Shown here piece by piece: positions 32,578-43,021 of a DNA stretch of 64,000 bases (the stretch's first letter is position 1; every line of letters starts with the position of its first letter). Under the pieces are notes generated by a model. That model was given only the letters and a program-made list of their open reading frames with translations. It made no database searches and had not been told where the DNA came from. This stretch comes from an uncultured Gemmatimonadales bacterium. GTDB taxonomy: Bacteria > Gemmatimonadota > Gemmatimonadetes > Gemmatimonadales > GWC2-71-9. The stretch covers positions 672,001 through 736,000 of the forward strand of contig CAVOGR010000001.1 of NCBI GenBank assembly GCA_963695555.1, given 5' to 3'. The position numbers were made by a program, and so were the translations under genes.

Positions 32578-33041
32578 TCCACTGCTCCGTCAGAAGGCGC
32601 GGGGGTGGCGGGATCAGCAACCGTGGGCTCGAGGCGCACCCGGAGCCCAGGGATTCGGCACCGCCCGAATCCCCGCATGTCTTGTTCGACGACACTCGAG
32701 AGCAAGCTTTGAGCCAGCGGATGAGGCAGTATAAGGTGTTGATATACAATAATCTGACAGTTCTTTGACACCATGCAAAGTGGGACCGTGCGAGGCAGAT
32801 TTCGGCGGGGTGTTGGACATTGACAACTGGGGCCAGGCCGGGGAGGGAGGAGGTGGAACGAGGCCAAGCGCCCCTCCTCCAGCGCCCCCACAGACCGGTC
32901 GTCCAACCCGCCCGCTCAACGACCGTTGGGCCACGCTCAACAATCCCAATGGCTTAGCTTGCCTGGCCCCGGCCGACTGGGGTATCTTGAGCCGCCGGCG
33001 GCCGGCATTTCCCTACGACCCACCACCCGAGACCAAGACCC

Positions 33042-34393
33042 ATGGCCGAACAAGGACTCATGGACAAGCTCGTGTCGCTGTCCAAGCGGCGGGGGTTCGT
33101 CTTCCAATCATCCGAGATCTACGGCGGGCTGGGCTCCGTCTGGGACTACGGCCCCCTCGGCGTCGAGCTCAAGCGGAACGTCAAGGAGCGGTGGTGGCAG
33201 GCCATGGTCCACGCCCGGGACGACATCGAGGGACTCGACGCCGCCATCCTCATGCACCCGAAGGTCTGGGAGGCCTCGGGCCACGTGTCGGGGTTCACGG
33301 ACCCGCTGGTCGACTGCAAGCAGTGCAAGAACCGCTTCCGGGCCGACGATCCCGCCATCAAGGGAACCCCAGGGACGCCGGATGCCCAGTGCCCGGTGTG
33401 CGGCACCAAAGGGTCGCTCACCGAGCCACGGCTGTTCAACCTCATGTTCAAGACGTTCATGGGACCGGTCGAGGAATCGGCCGCCGTGGTGTATCTCCGG
33501 CCGGAGACGGCGCAGGGCATCTACGTCAACTACCTCAACGTGCTTCAAGCCTCGCGGCAGAAGATGCCGTTCGGCATCGCCCAGATCGGCAAGGCGTTCC
33601 GCAACGAGATCACGCCCGGGAACTTCATCTTCCGGACCCGCGAGTTCGAGCAGATGGAGATGCAGTTCTTCGTGAAGCCCGGCAACGACGAGGAGTGGTT
33701 CGAGCACTGGCGCGACGGCGCATGGCCTGGTACCACGACCTCGGCCTCACGCCCGACAAGCTCCGCTTGCACGAGCATACGCCAGACGAGCTCGCCCACT
33801 ACGCCAAGGCTGCGTACGACATCGAGTACGAGTTCCCCTTCGGCTGGAACGAGTTCGAGGGCATCCACAACCGGACCGACTTCGACCTGAAGGCGCATCA
33901 GGAGCACTCGGGCAAGAAGCTCGAGTACTTCGACCAAGCGGCCAACGAACGCTACATCCCCTACATCATCGAGACGTCGGCCGGCGCCGACCGCGTCGCG
34001 CTGATCGTCCTGGTCGACGCGTATCGTGAAGAGGAAGTGAAGGGCGAGAAGCGCGTGGTCCTGGGACTCCACCCCGGGCTCGCCCCGATCAAGGCCGGGG
34101 TGTTCCCGCTGGTGAAGAAGGACGGGATGCCGGAAATCGCGGAACGGCTCTACGACGATCTCCAGCGGACACTGCCCGCATTCTACGACGACAGCGGGGC
34201 CATCGGCCGGCGCTATCGGCGACAGGATGAGGCGGGCACCCCGTATTGCATCACGATCGACGGGCAGACCATGGACGACCAGACCGTGACCGTCCGCGAC
34301 CGCGACACCATGGAACAGGAGCGGGTCGCGCTCGATCGGGTGGTGGAGTGGGTGAAGGGGAAGGTGGGAGGTAGCTTGGTCGATACCAAATAA
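33042..34393 (+). CDS. glyQS: Glycine--tRNA ligase, homodimeric type (indel near 33715)
   Basis: [39 protein letters not shown], then in the next frame [27 protein letters not shown]. Confidence 0.93.
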
Positions 34394-34450
34394 AAACAAT
34401 CAGCTAATGGCTATTAGCTATTAGTCGGGTGCGATTATCTTGCTGCTGAA

Positions 34451-34499
34451 TAGCCAATAGCCAATAGCCAATAGCCAATAGCCAATAGCCAATAGCCAA
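34451..34499. repeat. (TAGCCAA)7 heptamer array
   Basis: Seven perfect units; degenerate complementary GCTATTA units at ~34402-34423. Confidence 0.95.
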
Positions 34500-34525
34500 T
34501 GGCCCTTTTACCGGAGGGCAGACCG

Positions 34526-35803
34526 TTGCGCAACCCAAAACAAAGATCCATCGGCTCGCGATCGCTGAGGCCCGAGAGCCTCATGATGAGTTATGGATTC
34601 GATCCGCGTCTTTCCGAAGGGGCACTCAAGTGCCCCATTTTCCAAAACTCCACCTTCGTGTTCGAGTCGGCCGAGGCGGGCAAGGCCTTCTTCGAGCTGG
34701 CCTATGGGCTTCGGGAGCTGGGCCCGGGCGAGGAGCCGGGCCTCATCTACAGCCGGCTCAACAATCCGGATCTCGAGATTCTGGAAGATCGGCTCACGCT
34801 GTGGGACGAGGCGGAGGCCGCGATCACCTTCGAGAGCGGGATGGCCGCCATCGCCACCAGCCTTCTCGCCTACTGCCGCCCGGGAGATGTGTTGGTCCAC
34901 AGCGAGCCGCTCTACGGCGGGAGCGAGTACCTGATCACCCAGGTCCTGCCCGAGTTCGGCATCGAGCCGGTCGGATTCCAGGCCGGCATTCCCGCTGCGA
35001 CATTGGCACCCGAGATCACCAAACGCGTCGCTGGTCGCAAGGTGGCGGCGGCCCTGATCGAAACACCAGCCAATCCCACCAACGCCCTGGTCGACATCCA
35101 GGGCATGTCCGACCTGATCCACGGCATGGGGACGGGCGAGCAACGCCCCGTCGTGATGTTGGACAACACCTTCCTGGGCCCGCTCTGGCAGCACCCGCTC
35201 GAGCACGGCGCCGATGTGGTGATCTACTCGGCCACCAAGTTCATCGGCGGCCATAGCGACCTGATCGCAGGCGCGTGCCTGGGCTCGACCGAGATGCTCC
35301 AACCGATCCGCGTGCTCCGCACGTTCATGGGCACCATGGCCGGGCCGTGGACCGGCTGGCTGCTGCATGCGGAGCCTCGAGACGCTCAAGATGCGGATGA
35401 CCGCCGCCGATGAAGAACGCCCGCTACGTGGCCGACTTCCTGGACGATCACCCCAAGGTGACCTCGGTGTACTACCTCGGCCTCCTCAGGGAGAGCGACC
35501 CGATGTTCGAGGTGTACCGTCGCCAGTGCGTCGGGCCCGGCTCGCTGATCGCGTTCGAGGTCGAAGGACGGGGAGGCCGGCGCCTTCCGCTTCCTGAACG
35601 CGCTCCAGCTGGTGAAGCTGGCCGTGAGCCTGGGCGGCACCGAGTCGCTGGCGGAACACCCCGGCACCATGACCCACGCCGACGTGCCCCCGGAGGATCA
35701 ACTGCGGATGGGCGTCACGCCGGCCATGGTTCGCATGTCGGTGGGGGTGGAGCACTACAGCGATATCTTGGCAGATTTGGAGCAAGCGCTGGAGGCAGTC
35801 TGA
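34526..35803 (+). CDS. Cys/Met metabolism PLP enzyme (methionine gamma-lyase / cystathionine gamma-synthase family), three apparent indels
   Basis: [48 protein letters not shown]; frame changes at ~35366, ~35408, ~35570. Start TTG 34526 after GGAGGG. Confidence 0.88.
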
Positions 35804-35878
35804 TAGGAGGTAGGAGTGTAGGGGAGTAGGACGCTTGTAACTACCTTCCCACTTTCCTACCACCTACCTACTAGCCAC

Positions 35879-36577
35879 GTGATCCTCACCGAATTCGAAG
35901 CCCTGGTCACTCGCCTCACCAAGGCCATTCCTCCTGACTACCTCAGGGGCGTGGCCGACATTACCGTCTCGCCCCGGGCGGTGCCCCATCCGGAGAGCCC
36001 CGACGTGTTCACCATGGGCGAGTGCGTGCCGCTGCTGGTGGTGATGGAGGATGACGAAGACGCGGACAGCAGCCGGATTGTGCTGTACCACGGTTCGTTT
36101 GCGGCCCTGGCCCAGTTGAACCCGGAATTCGATTGGGAAGAAGAGGCGTGGGAGACGCTGACCCACGAGCTGCGTCATCATCTGGAACGACGCGCCGGAG
36201 AATACGGACTCGAGACCTATGACTGGGCCGCGGACCAGAATTTCGCTCGGCGCGACGGCCAGTTGTTTGATCCCGGGTTCTACTTGGACGGGGAGCAACT
36301 CGCGCCCGGTGTGTACGAAGTCGAAGGCGACATCTTCATAGACCAGCGCGTGTCCGACCTGCCGGATCAGATCGAGTTCGAGTGGCAGGGAAGGGAGTAC
36401 CGTGTCGTGCCGCCGGTCGATATGACGCTGCCCGCGTTCCTTACCATACTGGTGGGCGAGGCGAGGGCGGAGGATGGCGACCTGATCCTGGTACTCCGCC
36501 GCCGCCCGGGGCTCCGCTCGTTTCTCAGGCCGAGCGAGCCGTATGAGGCGGCTGTGGGAGCTGTTGAGCAGGGGTGA
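35879..36577 (+). CDS. Zincin-like metallopeptidase family protein
   Basis: IVLYHGSF..ETLTHELRHH (HExxH). Confidence 0.75.
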   Translation: MILTEFEALVTRLTKAIPPDYLRGVADITVSPRAVPHPESPDVFTMGECVPLLVVMEDDEDADSSRIVLYHGSFAALAQLNPEFDWEEEAWETLTHELRHHLERRAGEYGLETYDWAADQNFARRDGQLFDPGFYLDGEQLAPGVYEVEGDIFIDQRVSDLPDQIEFEWQGREYRVVPPVDMTLPAFLTILVGEARAEDGDLILVLRRRPGLRSFLRPSEPYEAAVGAVEQG

Positions 36578-36623
36578 GCGCTACTAGCTACTAGCTATTA
36601 GTCGACAGTATTAGCTTCTCGCA

Positions 36624-36719
36624 TAGCCAATAGCCAATAGCCAATAGCCAATAGCCAATAGCCAATAGCCAATAGCCAATAGCCAATAGCCAATAGCCAA
36701 TAGCCAATAGCCAATAGCC
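36624..36719. repeat. (TAGCCAA)13 heptamer array abutting the ftcD start
   Basis: 13 perfect units plus TAGCC, then CC-ATG. Confidence 0.95.
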
Positions 36720-36721
36720 CC

Positions 36722-38413
36722 ATGCCAACATCTCGTCCCATCATCGAATGCGTCCCCAACTTTTCCGAGGGGCGCGACTTGGACCTGATCCGCCAGATCA
36801 CGGACCAGGTCGAGACGGTCGATGGTGCGAGGCTGCTCGACGTGGACCCCGGCGCCGCCACCAACCGGACCGTGGTCACCATCGCGGGGCCTCCCGATGC
36901 GGTGGTCGAGGCGGCCTTCCGTGCCGTGGCTCGGGCCACCGAGCTGATCGACATGACGAAGCACAAGGGCGAGCATCCGCGCTTCGGTGCGACCGACGTG
37001 TGCCCGCTGGTGCCGGTGTCGGGCATCTCGATGGATGAGACAGTCGTCTATGCTCGCGCGTTGGCCAAGCGGCTCGGCGAGGAGTTGGGGCTCACCATTT
37101 ACTGCTACGAGCACGCGGCCCTTACGCCGGACCGGAGGAACCTGGCCACGGTGCGCGCCGGTGAGTACGAGGGCCTGGCCCAGAAGCTCAGCGATCCCAA
37201 CTGGAAGCCCGATCTCGGCCCTGCCACATTCAATCCCAAGTCCGGCGCCACGGCCGTCGGTGCGCGGAACTTCTTGATCGCCTACAACGTGAACCTGAAC
37301 ACTACCTCGAGCCGGCGGGCCAATGCGGTCGCGTTCGACGTGCGCGAAAAGGGACGCGTCAAGACGGTGGATGGGAAGCCGGCTTCCGCCCCGGTACTCG
37401 ATGCCCAGGGCGAGAGGGTCTGGACGCCCGGGACGCTCGAGGGGGTCAAGGCCATCGGTTGGTACATCGAGGAGTATGGCATCGCCCAGATCTCGATGAA
37501 CCTGACCGATATCGACACGACGCCCATGCACGTGGCCTTCGACGAGGCAAGCGCCAAGGCCGCGGCGCGCGGGCTCCGGGTCACGGGCTCGGAGATCGTT
37601 GGCCTAGTGCCGCTCCGTGCGATGCTCGATGCCGGCAGATATTATCTCAAGAAGCAACACCGCTCGCTGGGTGTCTCGGACGGCGAGCTGATCAAGATCG
37701 CCGTCAAGTCGCTCGGCCTCGACGACCTGGGTCCCTTCAAGCCGGAGGAGAAGATCATCGAATACCTGCTCGCCGATTCGGACCGGAAGCTGCTGGTGGA
37801 TCTCCCGGTCGCGGCCTTCGTGGAAGAAACCGCCTCGGAATCACCCGCCCCGGGTGGCGGCTCGGTCTCAGCCACCGTGGGCGCGCTGGGTGCCGCGCTG
37901 GGCACGATGGTGGCCAACCTGTCGTCCCACAAGCGTGGTTGGGACGAGCGCTGGGAAGAGTTCTCCAATTGGGCGGTCAAGGGGAAGGCACACCATGAGG
38001 AGCTGGTCCGCCTGGTCGACCAGGATACCGAAGCGTTCAACGCCGTCCTGGCAGCCATGCGGCTACCCAAGACCACGGACGCGGAACGGGCCGAGCGAAG
38101 CGCCGCTATCCGGGATGCCACCGTGGGTGCCATTCGAGTGCCATTCCGCATCATGGAGCAGGCGCTCGAGTCGATGAATCTGCTCGAGGCCATGGCACGC
38201 GAGGGCCTGCCCGCATCGGTTTCGGATGCCGGCGTCGGCGCCATCTGCGCCCGGGCCGCGGTGATGGGCGCGTTCCTGAATGTCCGAATCAACGCCAAGA
38301 ACTTGGCAGACCACGAAACAATCAAGGATCTTCTCGCGCGCGGCCAGCGGATCCAGGCGGAAGCCATCGAGCGAGAGGCGAAGATCTTGGAGATAGTGGA
38401 GGGGAAGCTCTGA
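36722..38413 (+). CDS. ftcD: Bifunctional glutamate formimidoyltransferase / cyclodeaminase
   Basis: IECVPNFSEGR, GEHPRFGATDVCP, QISMNL, then SPAPGGGSV cyclodeaminase domain. Confidence 0.93.
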   Translation: MPTSRPIIECVPNFSEGRDLDLIRQITDQVETVDGARLLDVDPGAATNRTVVTIAGPPDAVVEAAFRAVARATELIDMTKHKGEHPRFGATDVCPLVPVSGISMDETVVYARALAKRLGEELGLTIYCYEHAALTPDRRNLATVRAGEYEGLAQKLSDPNWKPDLGPATFNPKSGATAVGARNFLIAYNVNLNTTSSRRANAVAFDVREKGRVKTVDGKPASAPVLDAQGERVWTPGTLEGVKAIGWYIEEYGIAQISMNLTDIDTTPMHVAFDEASAKAAARGLRVTGSEIVGLVPLRAMLDAGRYYLKKQHRSLGVSDGELIKIAVKSLGLDDLGPFKPEEKIIEYLLADSDRKLLVDLPVAAFVEETASESPAPGGGSVSATVGALGAALGTMVANLSSHKRGWDERWEEFSNWAVKGKAHHEELVRLVDQDTEAFNAVLAAMRLPKTTDAERAERSAAIRDATVGAIRVPFRIMEQALESMNLLEAMAREGLPASVSDAGVGAICARAAVMGAFLNVRINAKNLADHETIKDLLARGQRIQAEAIEREAKILEIVEGKL

Positions 38414-38500
38414 AGGGAGCAGGGAGCAGGGAGCAGGGTGTCGGGAGTAGGCTGCGAAGGAGTAAGGAGTAAGGAGTGAGGAGTGAGGGTTGCCTCATCA

Positions 38501-38622
38501 TGTCATCCCGAGGGCGCGTTAGCGCCAGAGGGATCTCGCTGGTTTGTGCTCCTGGCTGGCGGATGCGCATGTCGGTCCACTGGGTCAGGTGAGGAAGATC
38601 CCTCGCTGCGCTCGGGATGACA
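38501..38622. repeat. REP/MITE-like palindromic element
   Basis: TGTCATCCCGAG...GAGGGATCT ... AGATCCCTCGCTGCGCTCGGGATGACA inverted arms. Confidence 0.8.
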
Positions 38623-38687
38623 GATGGGGCGGAAGGTCGGAGTTCGATTGTCTTTCCCGCTTTCCAATTCTTGGGTGAGGAGCATGC

Positions 38688-39767
38688 ATGAGACGTTTGT
38701 TCGCGGTGGGATTGGTATTGCTCAGCACGACGTCACTTCGGGCGCAGACCGGGGAGTCCGATTATCTCGTGGGCGTGGTCAGCGAATCGGGTGATATGGT
38801 CACCTGGATTCGGCCCGGCGTGGACGCGCTCACGCTGGACCGGACGGTGCCGCTTGGCATCATGCCGGCCGACATCGACGGGCCACACAACCTGGCCGTC
38901 TCGCCCGACAACCGGTTCTACTACGTGACCATCGCCCACGGGCAGCCCTTCGGCACCCTCTGGAAGATGGACGCGACGGCGGACACGCTGATCGGGCGGG
39001 CAACGGTCGAGATGTTCCCGACGACCATCGCCCTGACCCCGGACGGTGGCTTTGCCTTCGTGGCTAATTCCGATTTCCATGGTGATCACCCACGCCTGAA
39101 CGCCGTCTCGGTCGTGTACACGCCGTCGATGACCAAGATCACCGACCTCATGCTCTGCGACATGCCGCACGGGGTGAAGGCCAATCACGCGGGCACGCGG
39201 GTATACGTCTCATGCATGCACTCGGACGAGATCGTCGAGCTCGATGTCTCGACCTTCGACGTGCTCCGCCGTGCGAAAGTGGGCGGGGGTCATGCGATGG
39301 CGAGTGGAGCCGGCGAACACACCGGGCTCGAGAACGAATGCGCCGCCACGTTCGTCTCGGTGTCCTCCGACGATCGTACGCTCTACGTGGCCTGTAACAA
39401 GAAGGGCACGCTCCAGGTGTGGGACGCCGCCTCGCTCACGCTGACGCGAGAGATCCACGTAGGGAAGGGGGCTTACAATGTCGAGCCCTCGCCCGACGGG
39501 CGCTACGTCATCGTCACCAACAAGAAAGAACAGAGCGTGAGCATGCTCGACGCGGTAACGCTGGAGGAGCTGGCCCGGATCCCGACCTCTAAGCCGATCG
39601 TGCATGGGGTCGCATACTCCCCAGACCATCGCTACGCCTATATTTCGTGCGAGTCCATCGGGTCCGATCCCGGCGCGGTCGACATGATCGATCTTGCGTC
39701 TCGCACCGTGGTCGCGAGCATTGCAATACCGGCTCAGCCAACCGGCGTCGCCATCTGGCGGCGCTGA
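38688..39767 (+). CDS. Secreted YncE/YVTN-type beta-propeller protein
   Basis: Signal peptide; repeated PH/SPD..YV blades. Confidence 0.8.
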   Translation: MRRLFAVGLVLLSTTSLRAQTGESDYLVGVVSESGDMVTWIRPGVDALTLDRTVPLGIMPADIDGPHNLAVSPDNRFYYVTIAHGQPFGTLWKMDATADTLIGRATVEMFPTTIALTPDGGFAFVANSDFHGDHPRLNAVSVVYTPSMTKITDLMLCDMPHGVKANHAGTRVYVSCMHSDEIVELDVSTFDVLRRAKVGGGHAMASGAGEHTGLENECAATFVSVSSDDRTLYVACNKKGTLQVWDAASLTLTREIHVGKGAYNVEPSPDGRYVIVTNKKEQSVSMLDAVTLEELARIPTSKPIVHGVAYSPDHRYAYISCESIGSDPGAVDMIDLASRTVVASIAIPAQPTGVAIWRR

Positions 39768-39788
39768 CATCATTCAGGAACCGACATC

Positions 39789-40067
39789 ATGGTCTATGAG
39801 AGACATACCCCGTTGAGTAGCGCCCAAGTTATCGAACGGGCCAAGGAGTTCTTCGCCGAGAGGGTGCCGCACAATGCCGCCTACCCTGAAGAGGAAGGGC
39901 CGACCTACTTGACGCTTCGCGGCCAGGGAGGCGAGGAGATCGCCATCGCCGCAATAGAGGACCAGGCTCGGGGCGAGACCTACGTCCGCGCGTCGACCCT
40001 CCTGTTCGACCAGGCGCTCGACCGGTTCCTATCGACGCTGCCCGCGGCCGGGGAAACGGTCCAATGA
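39789..40067 (+). CDS. Hypothetical protein
   Basis: 92 aa, AGGA RBS, ATGA-coupled to the next gene. Confidence 0.7.
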   Translation: MVYERHTPLSSAQVIERAKEFFAERVPHNAAYPEEEGPTYLTLRGQGGEEIAIAAIEDQARGETYVRASTLLFDQALDRFLSTLPAAGETVQ

Positions 40068-40327
40068 GCGGCGACACGATGCTGGTCCGCATCATGGTCC
40101 ATGAGGCATGGGACGAGGTCGAGCTCGATCTCTCGGCCGCGACCTCGGTGACGGCGGCAAAACAGCGGGCGCTCGAGCTGACTCATGTGGACCAGCCGGC
40201 CGACATCTTCGAGGTCAAGTATCGCGGCGGCTCGATCCTGGACGAGAGCGTCTCCCTGCGCGACGCTGGTGTGGTCCCGAATGCCGGGTTGATCGTGTTA
40301 CGCCGGCGCCGGAGTCCGGTCCGCTGA
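40064..40327 (+). CDS. Ubiquitin-like (beta-grasp, YukD/EsaB-like) small protein
   Basis: 87 aa; ..YRGGSILDESVSLRDAGVVPNAGLIVL matches the ubiquitin-fold C-terminal pattern; no terminal Gly-Gly. Confidence 0.6.
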   Translation: MSGDTMLVRIMVHEAWDEVELDLSAATSVTAAKQRALELTHVDQPADIFEVKYRGGSILDESVSLRDAGVVPNAGLIVLRRRRSPVR

Positions 40328-40341
40328 CCGCTGGTGCTGGC

Positions 40342-40605
40342 ATGACGCGCGCCCATCCCGCCTCCCGGCCGCTCACCCTCCTGGCCTTCGGTTTCCTGCT
40401 GATCGACGCCATTCTGCTCACGCTGGCAGGGCTCTGGAGCCACCGCGGAGCGCTCCTGGTGTTGGGCGCCGTGTTCGGCCTGGCGGCCGCCGGTGTCCTC
40501 GTCTATTGGCGGGCCCATCAGAAGCGGCTGGCGGATATTGCGGAGGCGCGGCGAGAATTGAAGGCAGAAGCGGAGGCACTCCGCGACCTAGTCAACGACA
40601 AGTGA
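40342..40605 (+). CDS. Small two-TM membrane protein
   Basis: Two hydrophobic helices plus a C-terminal coiled coil. Confidence 0.7.
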   Translation: MTRAHPASRPLTLLAFGFLLIDAILLTLAGLWSHRGALLVLGAVFGLAAAGVLVYWRAHQKRLADIAEARRELKAEAEALRDLVNDK

Positions 40606-40609
40606 TGCC

Positions 40610-41515
40610 GTGAGCCCTTCACCCGTACCCGTCTACACCCATCCCGATTGTCTCCGGCACGATCCCGCACCCGACCAGCCCGAGACCCCGACCCGCCTGG
40701 CCACCATCCTGCGGCGCCTCGAATCCGACCTCGCGGCCGACGTACGTCATGCGGCACCGGCCGGCATCGAGCCGCTGCTCGCCGTGCATCCCGCGGACTA
40801 CCTCGAGCGGCTCCGCACGCTGAGCGCGGAGGGCGGGGCTATGCTTACGTGGGACACCTTCGTCGATTCGGCTAGCTGGGACGCCGTTCTGGGCGCGACT
40901 GGCTGTGTCATGGCTGCCGTGGACCATGCCCAGAAGGGGCTCGGCAATGCGTTCTGCGCCATCCGGCCGCCGGGACATCATGCCCTGGCCACGACCGCGA
41001 TGGGGTTCTGCCTGGTGAACAACGTGGTGGTCGGCGCGCGCCGAGCCCAGGCCGCCGGCTGCGAGCGGCCGTTGATCATTGATTGGGACGTGCATCACGG
41101 CAACGGCACTCAGGCGCTGGTGGAGCGTGACGAGACCATCCGGTACATCTCGCTGCACCAGCATCCGCTCTATCCCGGCACCGGCATGGCCGAGGAGCGC
41201 GGTGTCGGCAACATCTTCAACCTGCCGCGCCCGCCCGGCTTGTCGGCCGCCCAGTATGTGGGCGACCTGTGGGACGCGATCGTCCGCGCCACCGACGGCT
41301 GGGACCCGGACATGCTGTTCATCAGTGCCGGATTCGACGCCATGGAAGGGGATCCGCTGGGTGGATTTACCCTGATACCGCAGAACTACGCCGACCTGAC
41401 GACCCGGCTCCGCGAACGACTGCCCAACGTCCCAATCGTGAGCCTGCTCGAAGGCGGCTACAACCCGGCGGTGATGGCGGAGGGTGTAGCCGCTCACATA
41501 GCGGCGCTCGGTTAG
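40610..41515 (+). CDS. Histone deacetylase family protein
   Basis: RPPGHHA, MGFC, DWDVHHGNGTQ, SAGFDA, LEGGY. Confidence 0.95.
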   Translation: MSPSPVPVYTHPDCLRHDPAPDQPETPTRLATILRRLESDLAADVRHAAPAGIEPLLAVHPADYLERLRTLSAEGGAMLTWDTFVDSASWDAVLGATGCVMAAVDHAQKGLGNAFCAIRPPGHHALATTAMGFCLVNNVVVGARRAQAAGCERPLIIDWDVHHGNGTQALVERDETIRYISLHQHPLYPGTGMAEERGVGNIFNLPRPPGLSAAQYVGDLWDAIVRATDGWDPDMLFISAGFDAMEGDPLGGFTLIPQNYADLTTRLRERLPNVPIVSLLEGGYNPAVMAEGVAAHIAALG

Positions 41516-41685
41516 GGGTATACTACGGCGGATCGGCGGATCGGCGGATAGCGGCGCTCGGCTAGGGGGCGTATCTACGGCGGCGGGCGGATGGGCGGTT
41601 CGAACAACGATAGGCATGAGCGATCCGCCGAACCGCCCGTTCCTCTCCTCATTCCTCACTCCTTACTCTTCACTCCTTACTGCCG

Positions 41686-42705
41686 ATGCGACTAGAAGCC
41701 GAAATCCTGAATCTCCGCACCAAGCATCCCTTCGTCATCGCCCGCGGCGGGAAGAGCGACTACCCCAATGTGTGGATCCGCCTGATCGACGACGACGGCG
41801 TCGAGGGCTGGGGCGAGGCGACGCCCAGCGCCTACTACGGCGAGACGGCGCAGACGGTGCTTGCCGCACTCGAGAAGTACGCGACCGCGCTGCCCAAGGA
41901 CCCGATGAACCTCGAGGAAGCCGAGCGGGCTATCGAGGCGGTGCAGCGGCACAACCCCTCCGCCCGGGCCGGCCTTTCGGGGGCGTTGCACGATCTGGTG
42001 GGCAAGCGGCTGGGCATTCCGGTGTATCAATTGTGGGGACTCGATCCCGCGAAGGCGCCCCAATCGACCTTCACCATCGGGATCGATACGACCGACATGA
42101 TGCGGCAGAAGGTTCTCGAGGCCGAGCAATATCCCATCCTCAAGATCAAACTCGGGGCGGGGAAGGCGCGCGATATCGAGATCCTCGAGACCATCCGGAG
42201 TGCGACCGACAAGGAACTCCGCGTCGACGCCAACGCCGCCTGGACCGTCAAGAATGCGATCCAGATGCTGCCGGTGTTGCAGGAGTTTGGTGTGACCGTG
42301 TTGGAGCAGCCCCTGGCGCCGCACGATCTCGAGGGCTTCTCGCTGCTGCGCCATCACTCGACCATCCCGATTTTTGCTGACGAGAGCTGCTTGGTGGCGA
42401 CCGACGTGCCGAAGTTGGTGGGCCGGGTGGACGGCGTGAACATCAAGCTGGCCAAGTGCGGCAGCCTGCGTGAGGCCATCCGCATCATTCACGTGGCGCG
42501 GGCCAACGCGATGATGGTGATGGTCGGGTGCATGATGGAGAGTTCGATCGGCATCACCTCGGCGGCGCACTTCACCCCGCTGGTCGACATCGTCGACCTG
42601 GACGGCGCCGCACTGCTCGCTCACGATCCCTTCATCGGCGCCAACATCGACGGCGGCCAGGTCACGCTTCCCACCGGACCGGGCCTCGGCCTGTCGCGGC
42701 GATGA
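41686..42705 (+). CDS. Dipeptide (L-Ala-D/L-Glu) epimerase, enolase superfamily
   Basis: GWGEA, KIK, RVDAN, EQP, ADES, NIKL.K, GCM.ES, DLDG. Confidence 0.9.
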   Translation: MRLEAEILNLRTKHPFVIARGGKSDYPNVWIRLIDDDGVEGWGEATPSAYYGETAQTVLAALEKYATALPKDPMNLEEAERAIEAVQRHNPSARAGLSGALHDLVGKRLGIPVYQLWGLDPAKAPQSTFTIGIDTTDMMRQKVLEAEQYPILKIKLGAGKARDIEILETIRSATDKELRVDANAAWTVKNAIQMLPVLQEFGVTVLEQPLAPHDLEGFSLLRHHSTIPIFADESCLVATDVPKLVGRVDGVNIKLAKCGSLREAIRIIHVARANAMMVMVGCMMESSIGITSAAHFTPLVDIVDLDGAALLAHDPFIGANIDGGQVTLPTGPGLGLSRR

Positions 42706-42718
42706 CCGCTCCGCGGCG

Positions 42719-42952
42719 TTGGCGGAGGCTGTCTGGAACCGCGCCACGAGAGGACACGAAGCACCTGCTACGCCCCAGGTGGATTTCAGCCAGCACGCGC
42801 TGATCGAAGCGTCGAGTGCTGGCCCAATCGGCGACGAGATTCGTATCGACAGCCTTGGAACTCAGGGCCAGGACATCATTGCGGTCGTTTGGACTGTGAG
42901 GTTCTGCTCGCCATTCAGGACGGAGGTAGCCCCAGTGGACATGGTACTGTAC
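42719..42952 (+). pseudogene. Fragment of a PrcB-like lipoprotein gene, paralogous to 48007-48504, cut by the IS3 element
   Basis: AVWNRAT..PQVDFSQH..DEIRIDSL..DIIAVVWT..CSPF..APVDMVL aligns with the 48 kb ORF; no N-terminus; ends at the IS inverted repeat. Confidence 0.8.
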
Positions 42953-43021
42953 GGTAAGCTCCCCTATCGCGTAGACAGTTGAAGGTGGACTTTCGGATGC
43001 CCGGTTGGAAGGGAGCGAGGC

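Noticed and set aside
32732..32790. Sigma54 promoter with an IHF site for the pilin cluster
   Set aside because: GG-to-GC spacing is 9 rather than 10 nt, and the IHF-like TATCAA-N4-TTA lies downstream of it rather than upstream.
34451..36719. CRISPR array, or real ORFs with AIGYWLL repeats
   Set aside because: Contiguous 7-mers with no spacers and no cas genes; the AIGYWLL peptides are antisense translations of the repeat.
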